Source: Rhodothermales bacterium
GTDB lineage: Bacteria; Bacteroidota; Rhodothermia; Rhodothermales; VXPQ01
Assembly: GCA_951812335.1 (NCBI GenBank)
Contig: OX638293.1
Span: 2,523,175-2,587,174 of the forward strand
Direction: 5' to 3'
Length of the DNA: 64,000 nucleotides
Part shown: piece by piece, positions 63,234-64,000 of the stretch
Layout of the letters: each line of letters opens with the position of its first letter
How positions within the stretch are numbered: position 1 is the stretch's first letter
The notes under the pieces: generated by a model
The model's input: only the letters and a program-made list of their open reading frames with translations
The model's database searches: none
What the model was told of the DNA's origin: nothing
Made by a program: the position numbers and the translations under genes

Positions 63234-64000
63234 TTATCCCTGTCGCCGCCCTATCGCGATCCGGTCCCGTCCGGCCATATCCTTCTCCAGGCAAACCGCC
63301 ACGTACCCGGCTTCTTCCAGCATCCGCCGCACGGACTCGCCGTAGTCCGCATGCGCCTCCAGCACGATCCAGCCGCCCTCCCGGATCATGCGCAGGCCAT
63401 GTTGCGCCAGTCCCCGGTAAAAAACGAGCGGATCGCCAGGTGCAACCAGCGCCGAGCGCGGCTCCCAACTGCGCACTTCTTCCGGCAAGGTCGGGATTTC
63501 TTCCTCCGGCACGTACGGCGGGTTGGAAATCAACAGATCAAGTCCGGCAGGAACCTTGTCCGAAAAATCCTCCCTCAACATATCGGCCTCGATCCACGTA
63601 ACAGTAAGATCGTGCGCAGCCGCATTACGCCGGGCCACGGCAAGCGCTGCCGCCGACACGTCGCACGCATAAACCTCGGCATCGGGACGGGTCGTTTTTA
63701 CGGCCAGCGCGATGCAGCCGCTTCCCGTGCCGGCGTCGAGTACGACAGGAGATATGCATTTATCGAGGCATGCCAGCGCCGCCTCCGCTGCTTCCTCGGT
63801 CTCGGGCCGCGGGATGAGCACATCGGGGGTAACGATCGTTCGAAGCCCCATGAAGTCCGTATATCCGAGGATATACTGGACGGGCTCGTGCTGTAATCGG
63901 CGCGCCAGCATTTCGCCGAAGCGCATCGCCGCTTCCGGTTCGACCCGCTCCCGGGACGCCGCGTATAACCCGGCGCGGGACATCCCCAGGGCCTCGCACA
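63234..64000 (-). CDS. prmC: release-factor glutamine N5-methyltransferase (PrmC/HemK), 5' end probably beyond the right edge
   Basis: SAM motif LDAGTGSGCIAL and the catalytic NPPY. The frame stays open to position 64000, so the ATG at 63983 may be internal. Confidence 0.85.
   Translation of the reverse strand, partial: CEALGMSRAGLYAASRERVEPEAAMRFGEMLARRLQHEPVQYILGYTDFMGLRTIVTPDVLIPRPETEEAAEAALACLDKCISPVVLDAGTGSGCIALAVKTTRPDAEVYACDVSAAALAVARRNAAAHDLTVTWIEADMLREDFSDKVPAGLDLLISNPPYVPEEEIPTLPEEVRSWEPRSALVAPGDPLVFYRGLAQHGLRMIREGGWIVLEAHADYGESVRRMLEEAGYVAVCLEKDMAGRDRIAIGRRQG

Overview
High-G+C chromosomal segment. In 100-nt samples I counted 64 G+C inside gyrA and 41 G+C in the first islet described below. 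The gene families suggest an FCB-group (Bacteroidota/Rhodothermota-like) bacterium: a CarboxypepD_reg-type TonB receptor with DUF4249, plus DUF3098, DUF5916 and DUF1343. That placement is inference.

About 50 genes can be called with good support.
- Housekeeping: gyrA, valS, aroC, lipA, ndk, dapA, dapB, thrA, prmC, an HtrA-like protease, a PlsC-like acyltransferase, mreD, a PBP4-type peptidase, and one tRNA-Ala(GGC).
- A sulfatase-rich carbohydrate locus (about 33-52 kb): three complete sulfatases, a DUF5916/CBM9-like outer-membrane protein, a clan GH-A hydrolase, a 1173-aa orphan protein, an MFS sugar porter, KDPG aldolase, and the FucD / SDR / FAH trio of the non-phosphorylative L-fucose pathway. 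A fourth, partial sulfatase lies at the left edge of the window, outside the locus.

Two low-G+C accessory islets stand out.
1. 16.6-19.0 kb, wedged between a TonB receptor and gyrA. It holds a BrnT toxin remnant, a 12-bp inverted repeat, an ATGA-coupled pair of orphan small ORFs, and a convergent DUF3883/PD-(D/E)xK nuclease-like protein. I read this as a candidate defence islet and the best candidate here for an undescribed system.
2. 52.0-54.6 kb. A 2.5-kb foreign block is bracketed by a 413-bp direct duplication (410/413 identical) of the MFS transporter 5' end. The block carries an internally deleted IS1595 element with perfect 21-bp inverted repeats, a decayed second IS1595 transposase, a TTGACA-N17-TACATT promoter, a Gly/Trp/Tyr-rich four-Cys small protein and a two-TM small protein.

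Other non-genic signals:
- a dispersed repeat with core TCAGAGTATCC at seven sites, three of them in a 36-nt version;
- a 31-bp tandem repeat (about 4 copies) upstream of eda;
- an in-frame diverged duplicate of the last 29 codons of an aminotransferase gene, directly after its stop codon.

I saw no rRNA, CRISPR array or prophage. Many long ORFs in the track are antisense shadows typical of high-G+C DNA and were rejected.
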